A stretch of 64,000 nt of DNA from an uncultured bacterium (GCA_963707865.1 OY970175.1:208748-272747); one strand, 5' to 3'; numbered from the stretch's first letter, positions 15,034-24,659 are shown. Translations and numbers: made by a program. The notes: generated by a model not told the origin, from the sequence alone.

Positions 15034-17022
15034 ATGGAGGAAGTTCCGGATAAAAACGTAATATATTTCGCACGAACCGATTTTCGCAATCAAGATCGGC
15101 TTTTTGGTATTAAGCGGAGCGACCGGCGCCAGCATATGTATGTCATAGGAAAAACCGGTACCGGCAAAAGCGCGCTCCTCAACAATATGGCCGTGCAGGA
15201 TATCGCGAACGGCGAGGGGCTTTGCGTGGTGGACCCGCATGGTGAGCTCGTGGAGGGGCTTATGAAAAGGATCCCGGAGGAACGGATGAAGGATGTCATC
15301 TATTTCAATCCGGCAGATACGGATTTTCACATCGGCTTCAACGTGCTGGAGCTGCCCGACCCAAAGTACAAGCACCTTGTGGCATCGGGACTCATGGGAA
15401 TTTTCACAAAGATTTGGGCGGGCGTCTGGTCGCCGCGCATGGAATACATTTTGAATAATTGCGTGCTCGCGCTCTTGGATACTCCGGGTTCCACGCTCCT
15501 CGGCATCCCTCGGCTTCTGACCGACAAAGATTACCGGCAGAAGATCATCGCGAACATAAAAGACCCCGTCGTGAAGGCGTTTTGGATCCACGAATTTGAA
15601 GGGTGGCAGGACCGGTTCAGGAACGAGGCCATCGCGCCGATACAGAACAAGGTGGGCCAATTCCTTTCCACCGCGCTTATCCGCAACATCGTCGGCCAAT
15701 CAAAGAGTACTGTGGACATTTTTGACGTGATGAACGAGGGAAAAATCTTCCTTGTGAATGTTTCCAAGGGTCGCATCGGGGAGGACAATTCTGCGCTCCT
15801 GGGCGCGATGCTTATCACGAAGATCCAGCTTTCGGCAATGGAGCGCGTGCGCGTCCCCGAGGACGAACGTGTGGACTTTTATCTTTATGTGGACGAGTTC
15901 CAGAACTTCGCCACGGATTCCTTCGCGGGCATCCTTTCCGAAGCGCGGAAGTACCGCCTGGATCTTATTCTCGCGCACCAATATATCGGCCAGCTCATCA
16001 CCGACACTTCGACGAGGGTGCGCGACGCGATCTTTGGTAACGTGGGAACAATGGTCACGTTCCGGGTGGGTGCTACCGATGCGGAGTTCCTGGAGAACGA
16101 GTTCACGCCTGAGTTCGTGATAGAAGACATCGTAAATCTTCCGAATTATTCCATCTATCTGAAGCTTATGGTGGACGGCGTGACGGCGCGCCCATTTTCC
16201 GCGGCCACGCTCCCCCCGCTTCAGGTGAAAACTTCCGCGATGGTAGAATCCGAGATCATCAGGATGTCACAGAAGCGCTACGCCCGGCCGCGCGAGGTCG
16301 TAGAGGAAGAGATCAATCGCTGGAGCGGCGTGATGGGACCGCCTGCGGCTACCAGTGCGGAAAAGAAAGGCGGAGATACGACGAGGTACGAAGCCGTATG
16401 TTCTTCATGCGGCAAGATGACGACGTTGCCGTTCGAGCCGACGCCGGGCCGGCCGGTGTATTGCCGCGATTGTTTGAAGAAAATAGAAGCAGGCGAACTT
16501 CAACCGATACGGGTGCCGCGCGCGTCAGTCGTACGCACGAGACCGCAGAAAAAATACGCAGATGATTTGAGTTATCTCGGCATTGAGTTCCCGGAGCAGG
16601 GAGCGCCGGCCGAGCTGCAGCCGGCGACGAGAAGGGCGCCGGTACCGGTGCGTCCCATGGGTTCCATGGATGGAAGGGGAGGGGCAGGAGCACCAATTTC
16701 CGGTTACGGGCCAAAAGCGGCCATGCCAACCTCTGTACCGGCCGCTGCGCCAGCCGCGCCGCCATCCGCCGAGCCGGCGGGGCGGACGCTTTCGCTATCT
16801 GAATTGAAATCGGCGGATCGGAGACCGAAGCTGAAGAAATCGCAACAACACGAGGAGATCAACATTTCCGAACTTCGGGAGGCAATCAAGGCATCATTGA
16901 GCGCAGATATCGGTGCGGGCTCCGCGCAGGCCGCCGAGGCGGAAAAAAGCGTCAGCGCTGACACCGATAAACGGGATGGCGAAGAAGACGGCAGCGACGA
17001 GGAGCGTGTGCGCCGCATTTGA
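15034..17022 (+). CDS. TraD/VirD4-like P-loop ATPase paralog with C-terminal CxxC-x17-CxxC zinc ribbon and long low-complexity acidic/Ala-Pro tail
   Basis: Walker A 'GKTGTGKS', 'VDPHGE', Walker B 'LYVDEFQNF', 'AHQYIGQL'; 'CSSCGKMTTLPFEPTPGRPVYCRDC'. Confidence 0.8.
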   Translation: MEEVPDKNVIYFARTDFRNQDRLFGIKRSDRRQHMYVIGKTGTGKSALLNNMAVQDIANGEGLCVVDPHGELVEGLMKRIPEERMKDVIYFNPADTDFHIGFNVLELPDPKYKHLVASGLMGIFTKIWAGVWSPRMEYILNNCVLALLDTPGSTLLGIPRLLTDKDYRQKIIANIKDPVVKAFWIHEFEGWQDRFRNEAIAPIQNKVGQFLSTALIRNIVGQSKSTVDIFDVMNEGKIFLVNVSKGRIGEDNSALLGAMLITKIQLSAMERVRVPEDERVDFYLYVDEFQNFATDSFAGILSEARKYRLDLILAHQYIGQLITDTSTRVRDAIFGNVGTMVTFRVGATDAEFLENEFTPEFVIEDIVNLPNYSIYLKLMVDGVTARPFSAATLPPLQVKTSAMVESEIIRMSQKRYARPREVVEEEINRWSGVMGPPAATSAEKKGGDTTRYEAVCSSCGKMTTLPFEPTPGRPVYCRDCLKKIEAGELQPIRVPRASVVRTRPQKKYADDLSYLGIEFPEQGAPAELQPATRRAPVPVRPMGSMDGRGGAGAPISGYGPKAAMPTSVPAAAPAAPPSAEPAGRTLSLSELKSADRRPKLKKSQQHEEINISELREAIKASLSADIGAGSAQAAEAEKSVSADTDKRDGEEDGSDEERVRRI

Positions 17023-17152
17023 CATTTATGATCAACGGAGTATGCTGAAAAAAATGAAACATTTCGCCCCAAAGTTTTACTTTTGGTTTAGCACGCAACC
17101 TCTCTCGAAGAAGGGGCACTTTGTTTAACCGCTCACGCACGATTTCCCAACA

Positions 17153-17188
17153 AACAACCTCTTCTTCGGAAGAGGTTGTTTCGTTCTG
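17153..17188 (+). terminator. Strong hairpin (12-bp perfect stem AACAACCTCTTC/GAAGAGGTTGTT, TTCG loop) with T-rich tail
   Basis: Perfect inverted repeat downstream of ATPase paralog gene. Confidence 0.5.
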
Positions 17189-17245
17189 ACGGTCCATCTT
17201 CCGAAATGTTCGTTGTCATAAAAATAAATCCTGGAGGAAATTGCC

Positions 17246-17500
17246 ATGAATATGGTAGAGATTACGAAGATAGCGGAGACGTGGGTGGAAAGCATACCAA
17301 ACGAGAGACGGCCATCAGCATGTGACTCTCTACAAAGATTCTTTCCGGTGACGCGGGAACAAAAAGCCTATGCGATGAAAGGGAGCGGATTTCCTTTGCC
17401 GGAATGCATTACGACAAAGGAAACTTCGGAAGGGGATTTTCTGCGATTTTGGACCGCAGCCCGAAAGATCCTTGAGAACGGCAACAGCGGTGGTTCATGA
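17246..17500 (+). CDS. Hypothetical protein (84 aa)
   Basis: ORF with RBS-like 'ggagga' upstream; followed by hairpin terminator. Confidence 0.4.
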   Translation: MNMVEITKIAETWVESIPNERRPSACDSLQRFFPVTREQKAYAMKGSGFPLPECITTKETSEGDFLRFWTAARKILENGNSGGS

Positions 17501-17512
17501 GAAACGTTTAAC

Positions 17513-17562
17513 CCCTGGCGCATGCAAGTGCACGATTGCACACCGCGCCAGGGGAGTTTTAT
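17513..17562 (+). terminator. Hairpin CCCCTGGCGC...GCGCCAGGGG followed by 'agttttattta'
   Basis: 10-bp inverted repeat with large loop, T-rich tail. Confidence 0.4.
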
Positions 17563-17610
17563 TTATGGGTGTATAATAGTGATAAAAGGTCGAAAACATA
17601 GACCACTTAC

Positions 17611-17901
17611 ATGGCGAAACAGGTCATTAAAAAGGGCGGGAAGCGCGAGCCGTTTCGGGCCGAAAAGTTGAAGAAGTCCATCCGCATGGCGTGTAAGGAT
17701 GCTCACTTGGGGTCGGTGCGTGCGAAGAGAGTAGTGACGAAAGTTGCCGGACCCGTCCTGCGCTTTGCGGCGAAACGGAAAGCGGTCAAGGTTGCGACGT
17801 TGCGGAAGAAAGTACTCGCAGGGTTGCGAAAGGTGGAGCCAGGCGCAGCGAAGGCATGGCTGCAGTACGAACGCCGGTATCGAGCCCGCAGGCGTCGGTA
17901 A
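17611..17901 (+). CDS. Small highly basic (Lys/Arg/Ala-rich) protein, possible nucleic-acid-binding
   Basis: 'MAKQVIKKGGKREPFRAEKLKK...RRYRARRRR'; preceded by TATAAT (17572..17577) and followed by canonical terminator. Confidence 0.5.
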   Translation: MAKQVIKKGGKREPFRAEKLKKSIRMACKDAHLGSVRAKRVVTKVAGPVLRFAAKRKAVKVATLRKKVLAGLRKVEPGAAKAWLQYERRYRARRRR

Positions 17902-17922
17902 TGGTCGTGCGACGGGTGCACC

Positions 17923-17951
17923 AAAAAACGGCGCCCATGCGCCGTTTTTTT
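17923..17951. terminator. Canonical bidirectional rho-independent terminator (AAAAAACGGCGC-ccat-GCGCCGTTTTTTT)
   Basis: A-tract, perfect GC stem, T-tract; between convergent genes 17611(+) and 17962..18843(-). Confidence 0.7.
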
Positions 17952-17961
17952 GATGGGACTT

Positions 17962-18843
17962 TTATTGCTCAAACCTGCTCCTAAAAAGATTCTGCAGATT
18001 TTGCAGTCGCCCAAAGAGTTGGTTCAAGCGGTTGCTGAATCCGTTTATACTGGAGCTCGTTATGCCGTTTTCGCTTTCGTTCCCGTTGTTCCCGCTACCT
18101 TCGTTCTTGCCGTTCTCTTTTCCCTTGCCGCCCAAAGGGCCATTGGGATTGCCGGATGGCGGTCCGGTCCGCAGAACGGTGATGCTGTAGTCCCGTACCA
18201 CATCCGCGTTCACGACTAGCGGGGAGCTTGTAGCAACCTGACCCGTAACGCCAAGCTGGTCGCCAGCTAAGAGCTGGCTCAAGCTGAACGTTCCGCCGCT
18301 ATTGCCTCCGCGGAGATAGAAATCCGGTCTTCGCCCGTTCGTGGAGCTTGAGACGTTCACTGTGTAGGTGATGCCCCACACTGTGCCCGTAAAGGAATTA
18401 CTGCCCACGCTTTGCACGATGAGATCGCGCGCAAGGAAGTTGCCGTTTGGACCAATTTGGAGCTGGGGCGAAAGATTGACCGAAACGTGTGTCGTTGTGG
18501 ACGATGTGCTGAAGTAGGTGATGGTCCCCGAGCATGAGCCGTTGGCCACGCTTGAAGAAGCATCCGTCACCCGCACCGATGCACTATAGGTGCTATTCGC
18601 CCCGTACGTTGCTGTGGTTGAGGTACTCGTGCTGCTCGCTACGCCCGCATCGCCCGACCAAAGGTAGGCGTAGGGAGCGACGCCGCCGCTCGCAGACGCC
18701 AACCAGGTTATGGTGTTGTTGGATACCGAAGCCGCGCACGTCGCTTGGAGCGCAGCCGTTTGGGCGCTCGCGAGGGATACGCCGACAATGATCGCAGCGA
18801 ACATAACAGTACCTGCCACGCCAATAATTAGTTTGTTGTTCAT
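17962..18843 (-). CDS. Secreted Ser/Thr/Gly-rich protein
   Basis: Signal peptide 'MNNKLIIGVAGTVMFAAIIVGVSLASAQ'; low-complexity extracellular-type composition. Confidence 0.6.
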   Translation of the reverse strand: MNNKLIIGVAGTVMFAAIIVGVSLASAQTAALQATCAASVSNNTITWLASASGGVAPYAYLWSGDAGVASSTSTSTTATYGANSTYSASVRVTDASSSVANGSCSGTITYFSTSSTTTHVSVNLSPQLQIGPNGNFLARDLIVQSVGSNSFTGTVWGITYTVNVSSSTNGRRPDFYLRGGNSGGTFSLSQLLAGDQLGVTGQVATSSPLVVNADVVRDYSITVLRTGPPSGNPNGPLGGKGKENGKNEGSGNNGNESENGITSSSINGFSNRLNQLFGRLQNLQNLFRSRFEQ

Positions 18844-18908
18844 GCAATTGAATATAAATCGACCTTTCCGTCTTGATTATACGGAGGTCCCGTTGATTAG
18901 TTACGTCC

Positions 18909-19268
18909 TTAACCGGTCAGTGGACCCACTTTTTCCTCTTCGTCTTTGTTCTCGCGGAATCCGCCGGCCTGGATACTCCACAGTTTTTGGTAAAGGCCGC
19001 CCTGTGTGAGAAGGTCGCGATGGTTGCCGTGGGCGACAACCTTCCCGTTCTCAATGACCACAATGCGGTCCATCTTCATGATGGTGGAAAGGCGATGGGC
19101 GATTACAATGACAGTCTTTCCTTTCATGAGCGTTTGGAGGGCATCCTGAATAAGGGCTTCGGATTCAGAGTCCAAACTTGACGTTGCCTCGTCCAAGACG
19201 AGGATAGGCGCGTTTTTGAGGATCGCACGGGCGATAGCCACCCTTTGGCGTTCGCCGCCAAAGCGCAC
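18909..19268 (-). pseudogene. Truncated ABC exporter ATP-binding protein (C-terminal ~120 aa only: signature, Walker B, H-loop)
   Basis: '[35 protein letters not shown]...VIAHRLSTI' (MsbA-like exporter NBD C-terminus). The frame is closed by a stop at 19281..19283; the Walker A region and the TMD are absent. The truncation point coincides with the low-GC island boundary. Confidence 0.7.
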
Positions 19269-19370
19269 AAACGGGACTCTCTAGGGCATTTGGGACTCGT
19301 TCGGTTTGACTAACATTACCCCTTACCAATGCCTTTGACTAAATTGAAAAATAGTTGTAAGGTTTAAAAT

Positions 19371-19742
19371 ATGCCTAAAATAATCACAAAACCTACGAGA
19401 ATCGAAGAAAATGGCGATAAAATCAAAATCGTTGAAGAGTATATTGGATTAGCCAATAGTAAGGATAAAAACGTTAGCATTGCTCATATGCGTGCCCCTA
19501 CGGGCTGGAAAGACCTCGGACAATGCCCAGAGTTTGATGAATTTACTATTGTTTTAAATGGTGTCTTACAGGTCGAATTTAAAGGGGGATCAATCGATAT
19601 TAAAGCTGGTCAAGCCGCGATAATGCACAAAGGCGAATGGGTTCGTTATAGCAGTTCGGACCCAGATGGGGTGGAATATATTTCTGTATGTATGCCAGCT
19701 TTTTCTCCTCAGAAGGTTCATAAAGATATTTTAATGCATTAG
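19371..19742 (+). CDS. Cupin-domain small protein
   Basis: ~120 aa beta-barrel-type sequence 'GEWVRYSSSDPDGVEYISVCMP'; first gene of island. Confidence 0.55.
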   Translation: MPKIITKPTRIEENGDKIKIVEEYIGLANSKDKNVSIAHMRAPTGWKDLGQCPEFDEFTIVLNGVLQVEFKGGSIDIKAGQAAIMHKGEWVRYSSSDPDGVEYISVCMPAFSPQKVHKDILMH

Positions 19743-19798
19743 CGTTAAGATAAAATGATAAAATCGGCGAGAATAGAAATAATTTTTACTTAATTTAT

Positions 19799-20878
19799 AT
19801 GTCTAAAAAATTAGAAACAATTTCATGGATTATAAACAGCAGGTGTAATTTGGAATGTTTGCATTGTTATACTAAATCTATCCAAGGCAAAGAACTAAGG
19901 CCGGATTACTCTGAAAAAGATATAGCACTGATGGCAAAAAATATTGGTAGTGTAAATCCTAAGGTTGTTATTATTTCCGGCGGAGAACCCTTAATAGATA
20001 AAGACTTGCTAATTTTTTTAAGAGAGGCCCGCAAAATCGCTTCTGAAGAGTTATGGCTTTGCACTAATGGAATGTTGCTTTCTGATGAATTTGTGGAACT
20101 CTTGAAGAAAAAAGGTGTAAACGGCATAACCTTGAGTCTGCGTCATCCAAATCCGATAAAAGAAGCAGAAATTTCTCAAAATAACGGGATTCATGGAAGG
20201 GTATTGAAAGCTATAAAAAAAATAGAGCGGGCAGGCATACGTGTCGTGCTTGAAATGACGATAATGAAATCAAATTGTGATAGCATTGATGATTTTATAG
20301 ACTTATGCGCTTGCAACAAAGTGGACACTATAATGTTTAAAAGATTTAGACCGATTGGCCGAGGAGAAGAAAATAATTTGGCATTATCAAAAACAAAAAA
20401 TAAACAAGTATTGCACCACATTTTTTTAAGGGCGAAAAGCAATCCAAAGCTAAATATAAGAGTGCATGATCCGTTGTATAGTTTAGAAATTTATGAGCAC
20501 TTTAAAAATAACAAAATAAAAACTAATGTTCCAGATTTTGATTTTTGTTCAAATATACAAACAGATGAAAATGAATCTCAGCGTTATTGGGGTTGCAGTG
20601 CAGGAATAGAATGGGTAGGCATAGACCCCCTTGGAAACGTCAGTCCATGTCCGCTTTTGTTGTATACGGGATTGGTTATCGGCAACATAAGAGAGAATAA
20701 ATTGTCAGAAATAATGAAAACATCTCCTGTCATAAAAGCATTGGAAGATGGCTATGAAAATGGGAAGTGCTCAAAGCGCAAGATTTGTGGCGGATGCCGG
20801 TCGCACGCCGCTGCAACAGGAAAGGGGTATCTTTCAAAAGATCCTATGTGTTTGCAAGAATGCGCAGAATGTTTTTAG
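19799..20878 (+). CDS. Radical SAM enzyme with C-terminal SPASM domain
   Basis: 'CNLECLHCY' CxxxCxxC; 'SGGEPL'; C-terminal Cys cluster 'CSAG...CP...CGGCRSHA...C..C'. Confidence 0.85.
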   Translation: MSKKLETISWIINSRCNLECLHCYTKSIQGKELRPDYSEKDIALMAKNIGSVNPKVVIISGGEPLIDKDLLIFLREARKIASEELWLCTNGMLLSDEFVELLKKKGVNGITLSLRHPNPIKEAEISQNNGIHGRVLKAIKKIERAGIRVVLEMTIMKSNCDSIDDFIDLCACNKVDTIMFKRFRPIGRGEENNLALSKTKNKQVLHHIFLRAKSNPKLNIRVHDPLYSLEIYEHFKNNKIKTNVPDFDFCSNIQTDENESQRYWGCSAGIEWVGIDPLGNVSPCPLLLYTGLVIGNIRENKLSEIMKTSPVIKALEDGYENGKCSKRKICGGCRSHAAATGKGYLSKDPMCLQECAECF

Positions 20879-20911
20879 TTAAACTGAACCTTATTTACCC
20901 TTGTTTATTAT

Positions 20912-22606
20912 ATGAAAAAAGAAATTGCCTCTCTTATAAAAGAAAAATTAAAATCAATAACAGATATAGATATAAATGAAGAAGAATTAGTCGGTAAAAT
21001 TGAAATACCACCCAATAAAGAATTGGGTGATTTTGCATTCCCATGTTTTTTTGTTGCTAAAAAGGTATCTATGAGTCCCCACACCTTAGCTCTTAAATTA
21101 AAAGAACTGTTTGCTGACGTTAGCGAGTTCAATGAGGTCAAGGTAATTGGTCCATATTTAAATTTATTTGTAGATAAGGTCAATTTTACTAAAAGAGTTT
21201 TGTCAGAAATTGATCAAAATTTTTCAACTACAATTTCTGATGCAAGTAAAAGAATTGTCATAGAATTTCCATCGCCAAATACTAATAAACCATTACATCT
21301 TGGACATTTAAGAAATATGGCAATAGGCGAATCACTAGCCAGAATATTGGAAAGTAATGGCAACAAGGTGTTTAGAGTTAATTTGTTTAACGATAGAGGG
21401 ATTCATATTTGTAAGTCGATGTTGGCTTATAAAAAATTTGGGGGGAATAAGGAACCAGACAAAAAACCAGATCATTTTGTTGGCGACTATTATATAAAAT
21501 TTAACGATCTCGCAAAAGAAAATGATAACTATAATAAAGAGGCGCAAGAAATGCTTCTTCAATGGGAAAGCGGTAATGAGGAGGTTAGATCTCTTTGGAG
21601 AAAAATGAACGCATGGGCGTATCAAGGACTTAAACAAACGTTCGAATTGTTCGGTATCAAGCATGATAAATATTATTATGAAAGTGAAATATTTAATCAC
21701 GCTAAAGAACTTGTTTTGGAAGGACTAAGATCGGGCGTTTTTAAAAAACGAGATGATGGTGCTGTAATTATGGACTTAACCGAAGATGGACTAGACGAAA
21801 AGGTGCTCTTGCGGCCAGATGGTACCACGGTTTACATGACCCAAGATTTATATCTGATAAAATTAAAAGATATGGATTATAACCCGGATAAATCCATTTA
21901 CATTGTTGGGAACGAACAAGATTATCACTTTAAAGTGCTATTCCTTATAGTAAAAAAAATGGGCTGGAAACAACAATTAAAGCATTTATCATATGGAATA
22001 GTAGCACTGCCAGAAGGTAGAATGAAATCACGGGAAGGCAATGTTGTGAACGCCGATGATTTAATAGAAACGGTTACACAGCTTGCAAAGAAAGAATGTG
22101 TTGATCGCAATAAGAATATCAGTAAAGATGAGCTAGAATATAGAAGTAAAAAAATCGCATTAGCCGCCATAAAATATACCCTACTTAAACCTAATATATT
22201 TAACGATATGGTTTTTGATCCCAAGAAGTCAATTAGCTTTGACGGAGATACTGGACCATATTTACTTTATTCTTATGCGCGCGCCTCTTCTATACTAGAA
22301 AAAAGCGAGACTGAAAACAAAAACCAATCCCAAGATATAAAGAGAATAGATGTTTATGAACACGAACTAGTTAAAAAAATTAGTAATTTCCATGAAATAA
22401 TAAAAAGTGCAGCAGATGAATTAAATCCTTCAATTGTTGCTCATTATTCCTTTGATTTAGCTAAAACATTTAATGAGTTTTATCACGCCTGTCCCGTACT
22501 AAAATCTGACAATGAGGATATTAGAATAAAATTAGTTAAGGCATTTTATGTCATCTTTAAAAAATCCCTTTATTTATTAGGTATAGATGCATTGGAAAAA
22601 ATGTAA
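20912..22606 (+). CDS. argS: Arginyl-tRNA synthetase (class I aaRS), full length, encoded inside the AT-rich island
   Basis: HIGH motif 'PLHLGHLRN', KMSK-type 'RMKSREGN', C-terminal anticodon-binding DALR-like region; 564 aa. Confidence 0.85.
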   Translation: MKKEIASLIKEKLKSITDIDINEEELVGKIEIPPNKELGDFAFPCFFVAKKVSMSPHTLALKLKELFADVSEFNEVKVIGPYLNLFVDKVNFTKRVLSEIDQNFSTTISDASKRIVIEFPSPNTNKPLHLGHLRNMAIGESLARILESNGNKVFRVNLFNDRGIHICKSMLAYKKFGGNKEPDKKPDHFVGDYYIKFNDLAKENDNYNKEAQEMLLQWESGNEEVRSLWRKMNAWAYQGLKQTFELFGIKHDKYYYESEIFNHAKELVLEGLRSGVFKKRDDGAVIMDLTEDGLDEKVLLRPDGTTVYMTQDLYLIKLKDMDYNPDKSIYIVGNEQDYHFKVLFLIVKKMGWKQQLKHLSYGIVALPEGRMKSREGNVVNADDLIETVTQLAKKECVDRNKNISKDELEYRSKKIALAAIKYTLLKPNIFNDMVFDPKKSISFDGDTGPYLLYSYARASSILEKSETENKNQSQDIKRIDVYEHELVKKISNFHEIIKSAADELNPSIVAHYSFDLAKTFNEFYHACPVLKSDNEDIRIKLVKAFYVIFKKSLYLLGIDALEKM

Positions 22607-22615
22607 AATTGATTT

Positions 22616-23680
22616 ATGCCTCATTGTAAAAAAAATTGTATTAGCTTATTCGTTACAAATCAATGCAATTTATCCTGCCGGTATTGTTATTGTGAGAAAA
22701 AATCGGAAAAGCAGTCTATCAATATTGATTTTGCTAAAGCGGGCATTAACGATTTTTATTTAAATTTCGGCCATATTTATTTGCGCCTTTTCGGTGATGG
22801 AGAGCCAACTTTAGAATTTAAAAAAATTAAGTCCATTATTTCGTTTGCAAGAAAAAAAGATAAAAATGCCATAATCGAATTACAAACCAATGGCTTTTTC
22901 CCTAAAAAAATTGCCGATTATATAACTAAAAACATAGATATTGTTTGGATATCTTGTGATGGAGTACCAGAAATTCAAAATTATTATAGGCCCACTATAA
23001 ATAATACCCCGACAAGCACGATTGTCGAAAAAAATATCCGTTATTTAACTAAAAAAATTAGGACGCTAGGAATCAGAATTACCATTGGCAATAAAAATGT
23101 AAAACGACAAAAAGAAATCATCGACTATTTCAAAGATCTAGGAGTAAAATATATCTATACGGATCTATTATTTAAGCCAATAAAAAATAAATTGGGTGTT
23201 GAAGGCACGAGTCCTTTAAATTATGCCAAGCAATTTATTGTTGCTAAAAAATATGCCGAACGAAACAATATTTTTTACGGCTCTTTTTTTGAAATAAATT
23301 TTGATGGTAAAACTGATATTCACTGCAGAGCATGCAATCCATCACCTCACCTAACTTCTGATGGGTATGTTACCTGCTGTGATATGGCTTATAACGGAAC
23401 GACCTTTCCCGTTATGGTATACGGAAAATACGATCCTAAAACCAAATCAATTGTTTATTACGAAGATAAAATAAAGGTAATTCAATCGAGGCGAGTTGAC
23501 AATATTCAAGAATGTAAAAATTGCGAAATTAGATATAACTGTGCTGGGGGTTGTTTGGGCGAAGCTCTTAATGAATCGGGATCCATTTTTAGTATTAAAA
23601 AAGAAAATTGCAGAGCAATTAAATTTCTCGCCAAGCGATTGCCTTTAAATAAAAAAAAATTACCAGTTTTTCATCCATAA
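22616..23680 (+). CDS. Radical SAM enzyme with SPASM domain
   Basis: 'CNLSCRYCY'; 'FGDGEPTL'; C-terminal 'CKNCEIRYNCAGGCLGEA...C'. Confidence 0.85.
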   Translation: MPHCKKNCISLFVTNQCNLSCRYCYCEKKSEKQSINIDFAKAGINDFYLNFGHIYLRLFGDGEPTLEFKKIKSIISFARKKDKNAIIELQTNGFFPKKIADYITKNIDIVWISCDGVPEIQNYYRPTINNTPTSTIVEKNIRYLTKKIRTLGIRITIGNKNVKRQKEIIDYFKDLGVKYIYTDLLFKPIKNKLGVEGTSPLNYAKQFIVAKKYAERNNIFYGSFFEINFDGKTDIHCRACNPSPHLTSDGYVTCCDMAYNGTTFPVMVYGKYDPKTKSIVYYEDKIKVIQSRRVDNIQECKNCEIRYNCAGGCLGEALNESGSIFSIKKENCRAIKFLAKRLPLNKKKLPVFHP

Positions 23681-23689
23681 TTTAAAGTA

Positions 23690-24589
23690 ATGAGAATATT
23701 GTATTTAGTAGCAACAAATAAATGTACCCTATCATGTAGCTATTGTTTTTATAATACGGGCCTTTCTAAAAAAAGTTTATCTGATATAAAAACAGAAAAA
23801 ATCTTAGGAAAAGTAAAGTCGCTCTCAAAATATTTTGATCATGTTATTTTTACTGGCGGAGAGGCATTGCTTATAAAGGATATATTTTTACTAGCTTCAG
23901 AGTTTAAAAAGAATAAAGTTAAAACAAGCATTATAACTAACGGAACTCTATTAACTCATGATATTTGTAACAAAATATCTTCTGTATTTGATAAGGTGTC
24001 CCTTTCTTTAGATTCTCTTGATTCAAAACTAAATGATCTAACTAGGGGAAAATCTTCTATTGTAAGAAATGGGTTGAATAATTTGTTAAACGTTAGGTCA
24101 GAAAGCCTTGAGATTGAAATAATACAGACAATTACGGCTGTAAATTATGAATCCATTGATGAGATGATAAAGTTTTGTAATGAAAAAAACATAAAACTTT
24201 GGCTTCCGCCAGTAGATTTAAATTATAATAACCCGTTTTCTCTTAAAAGATTAAATGCTGTTCAAGTGGATAAGTTAAAAAAAAATTTTAAAAGATGGAT
24301 TAAGTTTAAGTCCGGCAATGATAAAAAAGAACAAATTGCTTTAAGCGACTTTTTGAATAATATAGAAAGTTTATTGCAAGACAAATCGATACAGATTCCT
24401 TGCAAGATGGGAGTTGAAAATTTTGTGTTAGATCCTGATGGTAACATATATGCGTGTTTTTTTAGGAAAGATCTATTTTTTGGTAACTTATATAAAGATA
24501 AATTATCGCAAATAATGAAAAAAATTCCTGGAAAAGACATATTAAGCAATTGTGTTAGTTTGGGTTGTTTATCTTGTACAGATTTTTAA
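23690..24589 (+). CDS. Radical SAM enzyme (SPASM/twitch-like C-terminal Cys cluster)
   Basis: 'CTLSCSYCF'; 'FTGGEALL'; C-terminal 'CKMG...C...CVSLGCLSC'. Confidence 0.8.
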   Translation: MRILYLVATNKCTLSCSYCFYNTGLSKKSLSDIKTEKILGKVKSLSKYFDHVIFTGGEALLIKDIFLLASEFKKNKVKTSIITNGTLLTHDICNKISSVFDKVSLSLDSLDSKLNDLTRGKSSIVRNGLNNLLNVRSESLEIEIIQTITAVNYESIDEMIKFCNEKNIKLWLPPVDLNYNNPFSLKRLNAVQVDKLKKNFKRWIKFKSGNDKKEQIALSDFLNNIESLLQDKSIQIPCKMGVENFVLDPDGNIYACFFRKDLFFGNLYKDKLSQIMKKIPGKDILSNCVSLGCLSCTDF

Positions 24590-24598
24590 ATGAAAAAG

Positions 24599-24629
24599 GA
24601 TACCCAAGGACTGTAAAGGCGTGGGTATC
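24599..24629. terminator. Hairpin (GATACCCA...TGGGTATC) between convergent island genes
   Basis: 8-bp inverted repeat between 23690..24589(+) and 24660..25538(-). Confidence 0.4.
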
Positions 24630-24659
24630 TATATCCAACTCCGTGATAAATTTGTTTTT

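Noticed and set aside
19352-19367. Short imperfect direct repeat TAAGGTTT(T)AAAAT at both edges of the AT-rich island (also 26386..26402)
   Set aside because: A 14-15-nt A/T-rich match could easily arise by chance in AT-rich DNA. Not accepted as att sites without further evidence.
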